A stretch of 58,567 bases of DNA, the filler included, from Bipalium vagum (lineage: Eukaryota), in the NCBI GenBank assembly GCA_037834085.1. It is 3 parts of 3 records of this genome, joined end to end, with 100 filler letters (N's around TTAATTAATTAA, not from the genome) between each part and the next. Parts side by side here need not be neighbours in the genome. Positions count along the whole stretch, not along the records: positions 36,309 to 58,567 come from JBBMKC010224558.1; 2 more parts are not named here. One strand, 5' to 3'. The position numbers and the translations under genes were made by a program. Shown in pieces: positions 37,101 to 58,567 of the stretch. The first letter of the stretch is position 1, and every line of letters starts with the position of its first letter. The notes under the pieces were generated by a model, which saw only the letters and a list, made by a program, of their open reading frames with translations, searched no databases and had not been told where the DNA came from.

Positions 37101-40100
37101 ATTTGTATTAATTCCAAAAGTGTTTAACTCATCGAGTTAAGCTTAGACAATTAAATAATTAACATTTATTTAGTGATAGAAGGAAATTCTTCTCATCACT
37201 AACTTTTTAATATTTTATTCATTCTTTTTTATTGTTCTCTCGCTAATTCGATTCTGCTTCACTCTACGAGACAGAATACGTTACGAGACTTCTTTCACTA
37301 TCGTAAAGTCAAGAAGATATTTTATTAATTAAATAATTGTTTGTATTGATTATTTTCTTATTGATTGAATAGATTTCTAACTTTGCATTTTGATAACAAA
37401 TTAATTAATTAAAAGAATTTAATTAAAAGAATATAAATAAAGAAAAAAAGTTATTTATTATTTTTTTAAGGGTTCTAATTTTGACAATAGCGAAGCCAAA
37501 TTGCTAAGATTAGATAAGGGTCTGTAAGGTGGGACCGGTTTAGCAATAAAGATTTAGAAAGGGAATCGACATTACCCACATGGTCTATGACTAATTAGCC
37601 CTCTGACCAAAATAGTATTTAATGAGTTAGAATCCACAGTGGATTTACACAAAATTCTTAGAAGGAAACCACTTCAGAAGAAATTATTGGAAAACCATTG
37701 AGGAAAACTGCGAGACCATTAGAGAAAGCTACGTCAGAAGAAATTCAATTTTTATTTGGTATTCAATCTTTATGCCCTATATGCGACAGAAGCTTACGAT
37801 GAGTCCTGTGCTGTTAGGGGGTTCTAAGCGAACGGGATTGGGTTCAGCAAACTGTTAGCGCAACTCTTATCAAGCACACCTGACCCACGCTGAGGTTATG
37901 TGGGCCTATCTAAAGAGCTCGTAACAAAAACACAAAAACAACTATTCCAAAAATATATTAATAAAATGAGGGGAAGACCCTTTTAATTACAACAACAAAT
38001 GAAACAATCGGCAGTCAAACCAAAACACCAAACTGCACAGGCAGTCTCAACACAAACACTAAACCTTAATTAAAAAGCTATGCCAGGGAAAACCCTGGTC
38101 AGCAAGAAAAAATTACCAAGATAAAACATTACCTTATGGCAATTTTTTGGGCGAAAAATAATGAATTTTTGCTGGCTTATATACTATTTTACTGTTCATT
38201 TTAGCTTCTCTGATTGGCCACTTAAGAAGTCAATCATGACGTACTTTCTATATTTAATTATTTCTAAAAATAAAAACAAATTCTAAAAATTGAAAATTAT
38301 AATATTATAAATACATGCTACTGATTAAAAACCAGTAGTTGATCCTAAAATAATTTTTTTAATTTATTTTAAAAAATTTATTTAATTAATTTTAAATTAA
38401 TTTTTAATAATTAAAATGTATAATTTTAAATCAGCCAGCGTATTAATTAAATTTTATTTTTCGCCAAATTTTTATTTACAGAAATTATGAGATAGGAGTC
38501 GAACCTTAACAAAACTACCCTTTGGACTAGTCGTCGTCTAAATCGTAGAGAGTACCAGTGTTTTCTTTGTATTTTTTTCTGTTTAACATTAATCTTTAAT
38601 TGATAATTTAATTAAACATTTGATTCTATTAATTAACATTTTGGTTTAATTGATATTATTTTATTATTGATTGATTGTGATTATTCTTTATGTTTTATTT
38701 TGTAGATTTTTGAAACATTTGATTGTGTGATTGTAGAAATTTTATTGACAATTCAATTTTATTATTTGAGACATTGTGGTTGTTACTTTGTTAATATAGT
38801 GTTATTCGTAGTTGTTTTGATTCATTCATTTGCGTACACTTCTTGACAAAAGTGAAGGGGTTAGTAGCGACTAAGTGTTATGACAGGGTTCATAGCAATA
38901 TAATAGCGTAACAATTCCATTAATTTTAGTTTTCTGTATTTTTATTAATTTTTATTTATTTCTTAGTGATAAACTTTATTTTTACTAACTTTAAACTATT
39001 TTATTTTTTTAATTAATTATTTTCTTTATTAATATGTTTTATGTTTTAAATGAAATTTATCTTTAGTCGGAACCGATTCTCATTTTTAAAGATGTTTTAC
39101 TTTTATTTTCATAATATTTTTATATTGTATTACTAAATATTTGTAGATCTTAATTTAATTAAAAAATTTAAAAAGGAAATTATTATTATATATTATAATA
39201 TCACAAAAATAACATGTTATTAAAATCAAATGTTTGTTAAGAATGAAGTTTTTTTCTTTGATTTTGTTATTATTTAAATTTCAATAATTTCACTAATTGT
39301 ATAAGGAGGACCAGATTTAGTTCGTCCCTACATTTAAATAATTCTGTTAAATGTCATTAAATAGAATAATAGCACTATAATTAAAATATTAAAATGATAA
39401 AACAAAAAAATAAAAAAGAGAACACTACAATTTATCAATTTGGAAAGGAGATCCAGTTCCTTGACAAACAGGAGTTCCCTCAATGGAGTTCTGTTATTAT
39501 TGGAATCATTAGACACCATCCTTAGCTACTCTAAGATAAAGAGAACAATCTTAAGCTTTTTGAATCACCAAATATGCTAAACAACCAAAATATTTTGAAT
39601 TTTTCGCTGGGTTTTTCCGGTTCTAGAAACTCCCTGTAACCGACAAATAGGAGTTTGCAGAACGGTCTTGCATCAACTCATAGGTACATATGGCTGTGGA
39701 TAAAATAAGATTACTTCTGACACCAGTGTTCAGACAAGAAGAATAAATAATGAAAAATTTTCATTGATGAATTAATATTTTTTCTCTATCTGAGGGAATT
39801 AGTTGAAAATTTCTATTAATGAAAATTATATTTTTCTTTTAGTTTATCATTGTTGTAATTATTATATAAACCAAACACAATGAAGAAGTACATATTAACA
39901 AAAGTATTACCAAATTAGATAAATTGGTATGAATATTAAATATATTTAGTAATTGTTCGAACAGACGAAGTTATCTATTGCATCTTGAATCAAGGTAATT
40001 ATAATAATAAAGAGAATAATTAATAACAAAATGAAATAAAATAATAGAGACAAATGGAATATTTGAAAACATGTAGAGAATTTATAAATATTTATACATA

Positions 40101-40472
40101 AAACAGGAAAGTTAGTGACATTTTAAATAATATTAATAAAAAATAAAACAATATATAGTTCTATTTTTTTAAATATCTGAGATTATAAGCATATTAAAAA
40201 ACAAAACTAATATAAAATATAATTATAATGTAACTAGAAAAATCGTGTAAATTAATTCTAACAATTTTAATATTAATTAATATTTAATATTTTTAAGAAT
40301 ACTTTTTATACCCAAAATTAATTTTAAAATTTTTTTTTCAATTATGAAAATTTTAATTTTATTTTACTTCTTTAAACATTTAAGATTTGTTTGTATCCAT
40401 AACATTATTTATTTTGCAGTTTCATTCTCTTTAAACAACAATGGATTTATTTTAAATTATAAAAATTAAATA

Positions 40473-57882
<17,410 letters not shown>

Positions 57883-58567
57883 GTAAGTAATGGATATTAA
57901 AATTTATTTTAATCGATTGGAATCTATAACTTTTTAATAACAATACGTATCTTACAAAATCTTAAAGTCTAATCTCAATTTTAATCAAAACATATCTCTT
58001 ACCTTTATTTCGTAGAAATTTGTTCTGGAATGTGAAAAAATGTTAAAAATTGATTGAAGTTGTCAGTTTGCTTGTTTTATATAAATGAAGTCGTTTTTTT
58101 CTGAGAAGCTGCAGCTGTTATATGTTACACAGTGACATTGATTTTTCAGCATGTCTATTGTCTACAAAATTTCTTTCTTTTTAAATAGATATGTTATTGA
58201 TTTAATAGTATGTGCTCAAAATCCTATTTATTGTAAAATAATATTAAAATAACTCTTATTTTGCATTGTTCAATTTATCAAAAATATTTTACACTGTAAA
58301 ATACATTTATTTGGTGTTTGTAATTTAATTTTTAATATTAGATATGAAATAAAGTTTGTAGTGTCTTACAAATATTTTCTTTGAACACCAGAACGACTTT
58401 AAATTGAAGAATAAAAATATGACAAACATTTTCTGAAAGATCTTGTTAAAACACTATTTAACAGTATTATTGATAAGTGTTTTATAATATTATACAGGGT
58501 GCGTGCGATATTTTCGGAAATAAAATGAAAGAAGAAAAACAAGTATAGCTTTTTTATTTTTTATTAT

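Noticed and set aside
38490-38560. Possible tRNA gene
   Set aside because: Only a T-loop/B-box-like motif; no cloverleaf could be built

Overview
Very AT-rich animal (invertebrate) genomic scaffold with short GT-AG introns (about 40-60 nt) and two assembly gaps. Host genes: Nup205 (minus, complete), a partial Ig-domain cell-adhesion gene (minus), an FMN-dependent 2-hydroxyacid oxidase (plus), an intronless adenylate cyclase of the ADCY9 type (plus) and the 5' part of a BRSK/SAD-1 kinase (plus). Many decayed transposons lie between and within these genes: Tc1/mariner, pogo, hAT-like, MITE/foldback, a gypsy integrase fragment and a Polinton/Maverick remnant. The most unusual object is a decayed Ty3/gypsy-type element at 1-7690 (minus). 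Its reconstructed polyprotein reads protease-1 > linker > six IkB/Cactus-like ankyrin repeats > protease-2 > RT > RNase H > integrase > in-frame signal peptide + FN3-like ectodomain + TM segment. A further reading frame follows, containing a degenerate REX4/ISG20-like DEDDh exonuclease fold. All domain calls come from manual translation and motif recognition; no database searches were run.
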